Position numbers and translations under genes: made by a program
Origin: Candidatus Sulfotelmatobacter sp.
GTDB taxonomy: Bacteria > Acidobacteriota > Terriglobia > Terriglobales > Acidobacteriaceae
Reading direction: 5' to 3'
Length of the DNA: 64,000 nt
Assembly (NCBI GenBank): GCA_030038125.1
Contig: JASHPL010000454.1
Location: forward strand, 2,261 to 66,260
Part shown: one piece after another, positions 35,833 through 44,168 of the stretch
Layout: each line of letters starts with the position of its first letter
How positions within the stretch are numbered: the first letter of the stretch is position 1
The notes under the pieces: model-generated
Seen by the model: the letters and a program-made list of their open reading frames with translations, nothing else
What the model was told of the DNA's origin: nothing
Databases searched by the model: none

Positions 35833-37081
35833 GGCGCTTCCTCGTGAGAAATTCTTTCTCGTCCGCAAGCTGATCGAGCAAATGACGACCGCAGAGAATA
35901 GCTTTCTCGACGTCTTCGACGTCTACCGATTCTGCGGGATCATGACTGATGCCGCCGGGGGTGCGCAGGAAGATCATACCGGCGGGGACCTTCTCGGCCA
36001 GAATCATGGCATCGTGGCCTGCGCCGCTCGTCATGCGGTGCGGCTTGCAACCGACGTTTTGGATGGCAATCTCGATCTGATTACCAAGAAAAGGGTCCAT
36101 GGCAACGGCCGGCTGATTCATCAAGGTTCGGTGCTGGACCGAGAGGCCACGAGAAGAAGCAATCTGTTGAGCGCGGTCCGTCAGGAGTGTCACCGCGTCG
36201 CCGCGAACCTTATCGTCGCGATGACGAACATCGAGCGAGAGCCGCGCCTCTCCGGCGATAACGTTTGCCACGCCGGGCGAAGTCACGACTGAGCCAGCAG
36301 TTGCTACGAGGCCGGGAACTGCTTTCGCTTCGCGTTCGGCGAGCATAATCCATTCCGCAGCAGCCGCAACCGCATCGGCGCGAAGATGCATGGGCGTAGT
36401 GCCGGCATGATTGGCGCGGCCTATAAATGTGAATTCCATGCGGGTTTGACCGGCGATCGCTTCAACCGCTGCGAGAGGCAGTCCTGATCGCTCCAACACG
36501 GGCCCTTGCTCGATGTGGAATTCGAGATAGGCGAGGGTCTGATCTGGCAAGCATGCTTGCGACACGGCTTCGGGATTAAGCCCGAATTGCTCGATCGCAC
36601 TGCGAACCGAGACCCCATCCGCATTTTGCACATTCAGTAAATTGTCGTCGAGGCGGCCGACGAGAGCCCGGCTGCCGATGAAGGGAACTCCAAACCGGGT
36701 CCCCTCTTCATCGGAGAAGCCAATCAGTTCGATCGCAAAGGGAAGCGTTCTACCTTCCAGGGCCTCCAGCAACGCTACCCCAATCACAAAACCGAGAATG
36801 CCATCGAATGCTCCGGCATTGGGAACGGTGTCGAGATGCGAACCGATCATTAGCCGTGGCTGCGATGTGTGCTCAGCGGGATAGAGCGCGCGAAGATTAC
36901 CGGCAGCATCGACATGCGTGATGACATTGAGGCGAGAGAGCCATGCAGCGATCTCGCGATGCACGTCGTGCATCGGTGGAGACAAAAACGTGCGGCGAAT
37001 GCGGCATGAATCTTCGGAGAAAGAGGCCAGTTTCTGGCAGCGGGCCATGACTTCGGTTGCGAGTTGTCCAGCGTTGAGCAC
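35825..37081 (-). CDS. M20-family amidohydrolase (allantoate amidohydrolase / ureidoglycolate amidohydrolase family), second paralog
   Basis: 418 aa, GTG start. 'GSHLDTVPNAGAFDGILGFVIGVALLEAL...ELIGFSDEEGTRFG', 'GRANHAGTTPM'. Collinear with 33844-35082. Confidence 0.85.
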   Translation of the reverse strand: MLNAGQLATEVMARCQKLASFSEDSCRIRRTFLSPPMHDVHREIAAWLSRLNVITHVDAAGNLRALYPAEHTSQPRLMIGSHLDTVPNAGAFDGILGFVIGVALLEALEGRTLPFAIELIGFSDEEGTRFGVPFIGSRALVGRLDDNLLNVQNADGVSVRSAIEQFGLNPEAVSQACLPDQTLAYLEFHIEQGPVLERSGLPLAAVEAIAGQTRMEFTFIGRANHAGTTPMHLRADAVAAAAEWIMLAEREAKAVPGLVATAGSVVTSPGVANVIAGEARLSLDVRHRDDKVRGDAVTLLTDRAQQIASSRGLSVQHRTLMNQPAVAMDPFLGNQIEIAIQNVGCKPHRMTSGAGHDAMILAEKVPAGMIFLRTPGGISHDPAESVDVEDVEKAILCGRHLLDQLADEKEFLTRKRRA

Positions 37082-37205
37082 ACGCAGCGCCGAAAGGCGC
37101 GTTTATTTCCCCTTTTTTGAGGCATGCCTGAAGGTATGCCCTGATATAAAACTGCCGTCGAAGTAAACTACAGCCCCGCTAAGACATAAGGACAATGCCT
37201 CCGTC

Positions 37206-38024
37206 CTACGCTTCGCGGATGATCTTGGCCGCGATCCAACCAACGACAACCAGGAACATCACAACCGGCCACGCATATCGATTTCCGTACGTCGCCACCG
37301 GGTAATGATTGCTGAGCATAAGAAAGACAACGGGCACAGCCATGAATGTGTTGTGTTTGGAACGCAGCTTGGCCTGCTCTCCAAGCGACAGATCAAGCTT
37401 TTCTCTGGCTGCAGCCGACGCAATCATCTTGCGCTGCGCCGGAAGGATGCAGAACCAGACATTCGCGGTCATGATGGTTCCGAAGATCGCTCCCAGGTGA
37501 ATGTATGCCGCCCTCCCGCTGAATACGTGAAGCAGACCCCACGCCACCGCCGCGGTCATGATCAAGGCAAAGAGAGAAAACGCGAGCGGCGATCGTCCCA
37601 ACGCTGACCGAACCGCGACGTCGTAGACGAGCCAACCTCCGGCCAGAACGCCTAATCCAATGGCGATCCCGGCAGTCTGGGAAATATTCGCGACGTCGGG
37701 ATCGATCAGGCCGCTGCCCATGTAATAGACGAGGAACAACAAAACAAACCCGCCCAGCCACGTCATTAAAGCTTCCCAGCGAAACCAACGCACCTGGCTC
37801 TCGCTGACGCCGAGCGACTTCTGTTTTTCTACGGCGTAGAAACCACCGCTGTGAACCATCCAAATCGCAGGAGCCGGCCCGTCGGCAGTGGATTGTTTTT
37901 CGAGCCGTGCAAATTGACGATCGAGCCAGGTGAAGTAATACGTCTGGCCCACCCACATGATGCCGGCGAACACATGGAACCAGCGCACTCCGAGGTTTAG
38001 CCATTCGCGAATCGAGAAATCCAC
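37206..38024 (-). CDS. puuD: integral-membrane urate oxidase PuuD-like protein (Urate_ox_N/DUF989-type domain only)
   Basis: 272 aa, ~7 TM helices. N-terminal 'REWLNLGVRWFHVFAGIMWVGQTYYFTWLD' matches my recollection of the DUF989/PuuD N-terminal signature. No CxxCH anywhere (single Cys). Lies immediately downstream of the HIU hydrolase gene. Confidence 0.6.
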   Translation of the reverse strand: MDFSIREWLNLGVRWFHVFAGIMWVGQTYYFTWLDRQFARLEKQSTADGPAPAIWMVHSGGFYAVEKQKSLGVSESQVRWFRWEALMTWLGGFVLLFLVYYMGSGLIDPDVANISQTAGIAIGLGVLAGGWLVYDVAVRSALGRSPLAFSLFALIMTAAVAWGLLHVFSGRAAYIHLGAIFGTIMTANVWFCILPAQRKMIASAAAREKLDLSLGEQAKLRSKHNTFMAVPVVFLMLSNHYPVATYGNRYAWPVVMFLVVVGWIAAKIIREA

Positions 38025-38026
38025 TG

Positions 38027-38368
38027 TTAGCTCCCCCGGTACGTGGTATATCCGTTTGCGCTCAACAGCAGGGGAATGTGAAAGTGCGAATCCTTATTGC
38101 GCACTCGAAACGTGACTTCCACCACTGGATACAGGCTCTCTATTTTCTGAGATTCGAAATATGCTTCCGTATCGAAGACCAGCCGATACACGCCCGGGAC
38201 GAGTTCATCGTTGGGCAGCAGCTGTCCGCAACGGCCGTCGTGATCCGTTCGGGCTGACTGCAATATTTGCCACTGGCCGCCTGACTCTCTGCGTTCCAGT
38301 CGTATCGGCACCTCGCTCGCCGGCTTGCCGCGATTCAAATCCAGAATGTGGGTCGAAATACGTTTCAT
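38027..38368 (-). CDS. uraH: 5-hydroxyisourate hydrolase (transthyretin-like)
   Basis: 'MKRISTHILDLNRGKPA...HFHIPLLLSANGYTTYRGS' with the diagnostic C-terminal YRGS. The ATG at 38368 forms an ATGA overlap with the upstream stop; the track start at 38380 is also ATG. Confidence 0.9.
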   Translation of the reverse strand: MKRISTHILDLNRGKPASEVPIRLERRESGGQWQILQSARTDHDGRCGQLLPNDELVPGVYRLVFDTEAYFESQKIESLYPVVEVTFRVRNKDSHFHIPLLLSANGYTTYRGS

Positions 38369-39747
38369 ATCGCCAGCCATTTTTTCAGGCGAATATTGGT
38401 AATCTTTCGCTGTTCTTCCGCCGCTTCCCGCAATTCCGCGGTTTCGTCGTTGGGCAAGCGTCGGCGAAGAATCTCGAGCATTTCGCCGGCCGTCTTCCCG
38501 GTTGCACAGACGATGAAGATTCTTCCGAAGCGTCTTTCGTACTCACGATTGGCTTCGGCGAGATGCAAACGAGTCTGCTCATCGGCGGCCACAGTACCTT
38601 GTTGCTCCTGGCTCGACCATGCAGCGGATTGCGCCGGAGCTGCCGCCGGCGCTTTGCGCTCGCCGATGCGCGGATGCCTGGAAAATGCTTCGTTCCAATC
38701 CGAGGCTTCGAGATGATTCCAAATTTCGTCAGAAACTGCAATGAGGGACGGAGCATCGGGGAATGGGCGGCGTGCCGCTAATTCGCGGGCCCATGTCCTG
38801 GAACCGCAGCATGCGAGAATCTCGCTGGCCGCATCCTCGGGCGGAAGCGAATTCCAGCGAGCCAGAGCTACGTTCACGCCTTCGGCAGCAGCAAGTTTCT
38901 GAACGAACTCCGCAATCAGATTTCCCAACACCCCTGCGCGGTATGCTGCGGTTGATCGAATATCGTCGATAGGGCGGATTTCGCTGATCGCGGTTGCTCG
39001 AGCCTTCCCCACCAAGTCAGCGTCGATTCTCTTCCCTCTCACGATTTTCTCGGTTTCGCGCAGACGAAGCGGAACCGGTGCCACGCTTCCAGCGGCGATG
39101 CGAATGTCTGAGACAGTGCCGCGATCAAGTCGCCCCAAAGCTGCGACACAAACCTTAGCGATTGCCTGCGCGTTGCGCGCTCCGATCTTGCGCGAATAAG
39201 AAATATATCGAGAATGTTGTCGAGGCAGCCGAATCTCTCGGATCAATTCACCGGGCGCGAGCAGTGTTTGCTTGTAGCCGGTGTGAAAATCGTTGTACGG
39301 AACCTGGCGTTCGCCGCGCACGGAAACCAGGACCAAATTCGCTTCATACACAAGCAAGGCAGGCAGAGAATCCGCGGCCGGTGAGGCATTGACGATGTTT
39401 CCGCCCAGAGTACCGCGATTCTGATTGGCGATTCCCCCGGTCCAGCGGGCCGCAGCGGCGAGCAGCGGAAACTCCCGCTGTAGGATTTCGTGTCGGCGCA
39501 AGTCGGTATAGGTGCAAGCCGCGCCGATACTGATTCCATCGTCAGTGACTTCAATACGCCGCAACTCGGGAAGATTCCACAAACTTACGAACTTTCGCGC
39601 CGGCAACTTCCCCGCTGCATAGAGAACCATCAAATCCGTTCCCCCGGCGATGGGAAGCCACTCGCCGGGATTCGCCGCCAGCAATGAAACCGCCGAAGAG
39701 AGATTGCCGGGTGCGAGCAGTTCGAAGTCGGCGGGATCGGATCTCAT
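38365..39747 (-). CDS. fusion protein: xanthine dehydrogenase FAD-binding (medium) subunit + OHCU decarboxylase
   Basis: 460 aa. Residues ~1-290 are CO-dehydrogenase-flavoprotein-like ('IAGGTDLMVLY', 'IANQNRGTLGGNIVNASPAADSLPALL', 'RPIDDIRSTAAYRAGV'). Residues ~295-460 are OHCU decarboxylase-like ('CCGSRTWARELAARRPF', 'FSRHPRIGE', 'SSQEQQG', 'YERRFGRIFIVCATGKTAGEMLEILRRRL', 'EQRKITNIRLKKWL'). Confidence 0.85.
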   Translation of the reverse strand: MRSDPADFELLAPGNLSSAVSLLAANPGEWLPIAGGTDLMVLYAAGKLPARKFVSLWNLPELRRIEVTDDGISIGAACTYTDLRRHEILQREFPLLAAAARWTGGIANQNRGTLGGNIVNASPAADSLPALLVYEANLVLVSVRGERQVPYNDFHTGYKQTLLAPGELIREIRLPRQHSRYISYSRKIGARNAQAIAKVCVAALGRLDRGTVSDIRIAAGSVAPVPLRLRETEKIVRGKRIDADLVGKARATAISEIRPIDDIRSTAAYRAGVLGNLIAEFVQKLAAAEGVNVALARWNSLPPEDAASEILACCGSRTWARELAARRPFPDAPSLIAVSDEIWNHLEASDWNEAFSRHPRIGERKAPAAAPAQSAAWSSQEQQGTVAADEQTRLHLAEANREYERRFGRIFIVCATGKTAGEMLEILRRRLPNDETAELREAAEEQRKITNIRLKKWLAI

Positions 39748-40265
39748 GCCCGGTTCCTGTCAGGTGCCCCATTCCCCGCCGTTGTTGCGAGAAGTGGGAA
39801 TCGCAATGCGGCCTGCGCAACCGCCTCACAAATCTGTGCATAGCCGGTGCAGCGGCAGAGATTGCCGGCCAGACTCTCTTTGATATCTTCCATGGTGGGC
39901 TGCGGCTTCGAGTTCAGCAGATGACAGGCGGCCATAATAATTCCGGGAGTGCAGATGCCGCACTGCGCTCCGCCGCAATCGAGGAAGGCCTTTTGCAGGG
40001 CATGCAGTTCCTCATTTTTCGCCAGACCCTCAATGGTCACGATGTTCGCATTCCGTGCCTGCGCAACCGGGACCAGGCAACTGGTGACCAGGTCTCCATT
40101 GAGAAGCACCGCGCACGATCCGCACTCGCCCTCCCCGCATCCTTCCTTAGCGCCAGTCAATCCGAGTTGGCGCAAGACATCGAGCAGTCTTTCCATCGGA
40201 TAGGCGCAGACGGTTTTCTGCTCGCCATTCACCGTAAGCGAAATTTCGCATGGAGAGTGACTCAT
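39744..40265 (-). CDS. xanthine dehydrogenase [2Fe-2S] small subunit
   Basis: 173 aa. 'GAKEGCGEGECGSCAVLLNG' (plant-type 2Fe-2S) and 'GGAQCGICTPGIIMA...LCRCTGY' (second cluster). Confidence 0.9.
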   Translation of the reverse strand: MSHSPCEISLTVNGEQKTVCAYPMERLLDVLRQLGLTGAKEGCGEGECGSCAVLLNGDLVTSCLVPVAQARNANIVTIEGLAKNEELHALQKAFLDCGGAQCGICTPGIIMAACHLLNSKPQPTMEDIKESLAGNLCRCTGYAQICEAVAQAALRFPLLATTAGNGAPDRNRA

Positions 40266-42613
40266 GAAACCTCTTGCCGGGTGCGCGCCTGGCCTTCGCT
40301 TTGAGGCCGAACTGCCAATGCTTCGAAGATATCTTCCGGAAGCAGAGGGATGGAATCGAAGCGCACTCCCAGCGCATCTTCGATTGCATTCACGACGGCC
40401 GGAGCGGGACCATCAATCGGCAGCTCTCCAATGCCTTTCGCGCCAAAGGCTCCGTGCTCGTTTCCTAATTCTTCGAAGTACACGCGAATCGGCGGCAGAT
40501 CGGCGGAGGTCGGCATAATGTAGTTGGTCATTTGCCCGTTCTGCATGCGACCGTTACGCCACGCAACTTTCTCGAACAGAGCAAAACCAATTCCCTGCGC
40601 GACTCCGCCGATGATCTGGCCGCGCGCAAGTACCGGATGGAGAACTTTGCCAATTTCCTGCAGCGCAACAAAGTCGTCGATCGTGACGCTATAACTTGTC
40701 AGGTCGACCGTCACTTCTGCGATGTAGACAGCCCAAGTGTAGGCGGCGTAAGCTTCACCGCGATATTTTTCGTCGTCCCAAAAAATCCCCGCCGGCGGCT
40801 CGTACTGCGACCAGGACTTGAAGGTTCCATGTTCCGCGACGTAGTTCGCGCAAGCTTTACGAAACTCTTCGCGCGAATAGCCTTGCGATAGATATCCGGA
40901 GGAAATCAGCGTTTGCTGAATGCCTTGCGCCGCGGACCGCACCAGTTTTCCGACAATCATCACGGTGCGCGAAGCCACGGTCGGTCCGCTATTCGGCACC
41001 TCGCCGGTATCGGCTTGAGCGATTTCAACATCGTCATAAGCCAGGCCGAGCGTCTCCGCGGCAATCTGGCAGAGAACGGTTTTTGTTCCCTGACCGAATT
41101 CTGTGCTTGAAACCAGAACGCGGACGCGGCCGTCCGCGCACCCTTCAACGCCTACGACCGACGCCAGGTAGCGCTCACCCGATCCGGTAAAGCCTGCGCC
41201 GTGAAGAAAAGATGCGATGCCAATTCCCTTCTTGTAGGTCGAGCCTTCGTTTTCCTTGCGAAATCGTTGCTTCTTTGCGCGATAGTCCGAGAGTTCCAAA
41301 GCGCGATCGAGAAGTTTGTCAAGATCAATGGGCTCGTGGATAGTCTGCTCGGTCGCAGTGGTTTTCCCAGTTTTGAGAAAATTGCGACGGCGGATTTCGA
41401 CAGGAGAAATCCCAACAATCGCCGCAATTCGATCCATGTGCCGCTCCATAGCAAACAGGCTCTGGGGCGCGCCGAATCCGCGAAAAGCGCCGTGTGGCGG
41501 CGCATTGGTGGCAACCGCGCTAGCGCGAATCCGAATGTTTGGCCAGTAATATGGGCCAGCCGCGTGGATGGTGCCGCGTGAGAGCACCACGGACGAGAGC
41601 GTGGCGTACGCCCCACCATCGACAACGAATTCAATGTCTCCGCCCAGAATTTTCCCGTCGCGGCTCACGGCAGTGCGGTGACGCGTTCGCGAAGGATGGC
41701 GTTTCGTCGTCGCGACCATATCCTCCATGCGGTCGTAAACGATCTTCACCGGCTTCCCCGACTTGATGGCCAGCAGTGCCGCGTGGCCCGCGATTATCGA
41801 GGGGTAATCTTCCTTCCCTCCGAACGCGCCCCCGGTTTCCGTCTGTACCACGCGGACTCTTTCTTTCGGCAGATTGCATAGCTTCATCAGCGCCTTGTGC
41901 ACGTAATACGGACATTGCAGCGATCCCCAGACCGTAATTCCACGTTCCTTATCGAAGCTCGCGATCATGCCGTTATTTTCGATATAAAGCTGTTCCTGCG
42001 CCCCGGTTCGATATTCGCCTTCGACAATGTAGTCAGCTTTTTCCCAGATGCTGTCGACATCGCCTTTCTCGACTAGAAATCGTTTGAAGATATTGTCCTG
42101 TCCCCAAATGATCTCAGCCGCGCGCTCGCTGTCTTCGAGCGTGAACACAGCGGGAAGCGGATCATATTCAATCGTGACCGCATCGACAACTTTTGGAAGG
42201 CTGTGCCGGTTAGGGTGGGCAAGGAGCAGAATTGGCTCTTCGGGATGATTCACCGTGTCGTCGGCTAGACAGGGCTGATCGTCTGTGATCAGAGAAACGC
42301 AATTTGTCCCGGGAATATCTTTGGCCGTGACGATCACAAATTCGTGCCAGGGAACGCCGTCGCCGAAAGTAATTTTGCGGATTTTCCCCCGCGCAATCGT
42401 GCTGCGCACCGTCGCGCCATAAATCATGCCGGGGAGCACGATGTCGTCGACGTATTGCGCCCGGCCCGTGACCTTATCCAATCCCTCTTTGCGAGGAACT
42501 GCCGCGCCGATTATGGATTCAGTTTTCACGTGATCGTACTCTCGCGCGGCCCGCGAATGTTGGCACAGTTCGCAGTTCTCGCCCGTGGGGATTTTCAGGA
42601 AATTCACCTTCAC
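40262..42613 (-). CDS. xanthine dehydrogenase molybdopterin-binding large subunit
   Basis: 783 aa. Aldehyde oxidase/XDH a/b-hammerhead ('GLDKVTGRAQYVDDI'). 'GGAFGGKE', 'FRGFGAPQ', 'AFGAKGIGELPIDGPAPAVVNAI'. The alternative GTG at 42529 would reduce the overlap with allB from 95 nt to 11 nt. Confidence 0.9.
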   Translation of the reverse strand: MKVNFLKIPTGENCELCQHSRAAREYDHVKTESIIGAAVPRKEGLDKVTGRAQYVDDIVLPGMIYGATVRSTIARGKIRKITFGDGVPWHEFVIVTAKDIPGTNCVSLITDDQPCLADDTVNHPEEPILLLAHPNRHSLPKVVDAVTIEYDPLPAVFTLEDSERAAEIIWGQDNIFKRFLVEKGDVDSIWEKADYIVEGEYRTGAQEQLYIENNGMIASFDKERGITVWGSLQCPYYVHKALMKLCNLPKERVRVVQTETGGAFGGKEDYPSIIAGHAALLAIKSGKPVKIVYDRMEDMVATTKRHPSRTRHRTAVSRDGKILGGDIEFVVDGGAYATLSSVVLSRGTIHAAGPYYWPNIRIRASAVATNAPPHGAFRGFGAPQSLFAMERHMDRIAAIVGISPVEIRRRNFLKTGKTTATEQTIHEPIDLDKLLDRALELSDYRAKKQRFRKENEGSTYKKGIGIASFLHGAGFTGSGERYLASVVGVEGCADGRVRVLVSSTEFGQGTKTVLCQIAAETLGLAYDDVEIAQADTGEVPNSGPTVASRTVMIVGKLVRSAAQGIQQTLISSGYLSQGYSREEFRKACANYVAEHGTFKSWSQYEPPAGIFWDDEKYRGEAYAAYTWAVYIAEVTVDLTSYSVTIDDFVALQEIGKVLHPVLARGQIIGGVAQGIGFALFEKVAWRNGRMQNGQMTNYIMPTSADLPPIRVYFEELGNEHGAFGAKGIGELPIDGPAPAVVNAIEDALGVRFDSIPLLPEDIFEALAVRPQSEGQARTRQEVS

Positions 42614-43883
42614 GAAAAACTTCTCGACCGCGCACGAAGGTTCGGTTCACCACCCCTCGCAATTTTTCTCCGAGGTACGGCGACATGGATTGGCCTTGAT
42701 GCAGGCAGGTTGCGGTAACGGTGAATTCGCTCTCCGGGTCGAACACGACGAAATCCGCATCGTAGCCGGCAGCGAGACGGCCTTTCCATGCTTCGCAACC
42801 GGCCAGGCGCGCGGGTTGCCCCGACATCCAACGAGCGAGATCCGAGAGAGAACATCCACGTCGATGCGCTTCCGTCCACATGATGGGCAGCGCCAGCGAA
42901 AGGCTTGCGATTCCGCCCCAGGCTTTTTGAAAGTCTCCTTCTTCGATCCGCTTCATTGCTGGCGGGCACGGGGAATGATCGGTAACGACCATATCGATGA
43001 TTTGCTCGCGCAATCCTTGCCACAGCCGCTCGCGATTTTCCCGGCGTCGTATGGGCGGCGCGCATTTCGACGGTGTGGCTCCATCGCGAATCGTTTCCGC
43101 TTCCAGATGCAAATAGTGCGGGCACGTCTCGACCGTGACCGGCAGTCCCTCCGCCTTCGCGGCACGCAGCATATCCAATGCTGCGGCGGTTGCGAGATGC
43201 ACGATGTGAAGTCGAAATCGAAACTCGTGGCATAAAGACAGCATGAGCTGAATCGCACCCACTTCCGCTTCTTCCGGACGGGATTGCAGGTATGTCTCGT
43301 AGCGCCGCCAGTTCTGACCCGAAAGCCGCTTCGTAGCCTCATCGATTGGACCGGGAAGTTCGGCGTGGACCAGCAGCGGCAATCCGGTTCGCACGAGATG
43401 CGGTAAAGCCCCGCGTAGATCCTGCTCGTCGACCATACTGAATTCTTCGATCCCGGGATGCACGAGGAAACATTTGAAACCCAGCACTCCTGCATCGGCA
43501 AGCACTTCAATCTCGTTCTCATTGCCGCGAACCATCCCGCCCCAGGCGCCCCAATCGACGCGGCACTTGCCCTGCGCCACCTGCCGCTTTGCCTCCAAAC
43601 CTTTCACATTGGTCGTAGCTGGAATGCAATTCAACGGCATGTCGACCAGCATCGTATAGCCGCCCGCGGCGGCAGCTCGCGTTACGTTTTGAAATCCACC
43701 CCAGTCGGTTCGCCCCGGTTCGTTGATGTGGACGTGCGAGTCCACCAGCCCGGGCAACAACGCGAGATCGCCGAAATCCTGTCGGATGGCGTCTTTGGGC
43801 AGATCTTCGGTCCCCACGATCGCCTCAATCTGCTCTCCATTGACCAGCAGCGCGCCCGGACGAATGCCCTCCGGCGTCACCAT
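42519..43883 (-). CDS. allB: allantoinase
   Basis: 'LPGLVDSHVHINEPGRTDWGGFQNVTRAAAAGGYTMLVDMPLN', 'GFKCFLV', 'HAE', 'VTDHSP' cyclic-amidohydrolase motifs. The ATG at 43883 (MVTPEGIRPGALLVNGEQIEAIVG) is preferred over the track start at 44000. Confidence 0.9.
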   Translation of the reverse strand: MVTPEGIRPGALLVNGEQIEAIVGTEDLPKDAIRQDFGDLALLPGLVDSHVHINEPGRTDWGGFQNVTRAAAAGGYTMLVDMPLNCIPATTNVKGLEAKRQVAQGKCRVDWGAWGGMVRGNENEIEVLADAGVLGFKCFLVHPGIEEFSMVDEQDLRGALPHLVRTGLPLLVHAELPGPIDEATKRLSGQNWRRYETYLQSRPEEAEVGAIQLMLSLCHEFRFRLHIVHLATAAALDMLRAAKAEGLPVTVETCPHYLHLEAETIRDGATPSKCAPPIRRRENRERLWQGLREQIIDMVVTDHSPCPPAMKRIEEGDFQKAWGGIASLSLALPIMWTEAHRRGCSLSDLARWMSGQPARLAGCEAWKGRLAAGYDADFVVFDPESEFTVTATCLHQGQSMSPYLGEKLRGVVNRTFVRGREVFREGEFPENPHGRELRTVPTFAGRARVRSREN

Positions 43884-44168
43884 GCGGCGCGAAAAAAATG
43901 CCTTCCGTCCCAAGACAATCCCCACAAAACCCGGACAAAGAGGATCAAGGCTATCGCGAAGGGTTGTTATTTGGCAATGCAGCTGTTGCCATCGTTGCAA
44001 GCAAAAGTTCGGGGCGAAGTGCGGTCATCATGTTTCATCATTTTCGCGGTTCCCGCTTATACTCACTTCACAGCGAGAGCGGATGCGAATTTGTACACAT
44101 TGACTGCGTGGGGCCGCGTTCCGCTAGATCCAGCGCCGCAGAACCAGATATCCTCGGAGCCAACTCGT

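Noticed and set aside
43458-44168. N-terminal 237 aa of the 392-aa track ORF 43458-44636.
   Set aside because: Only the last 155 aa (from ATG 44169) look like a deaminase. The upstream part is antisense to the allantoinase gene and has no protein-like features.
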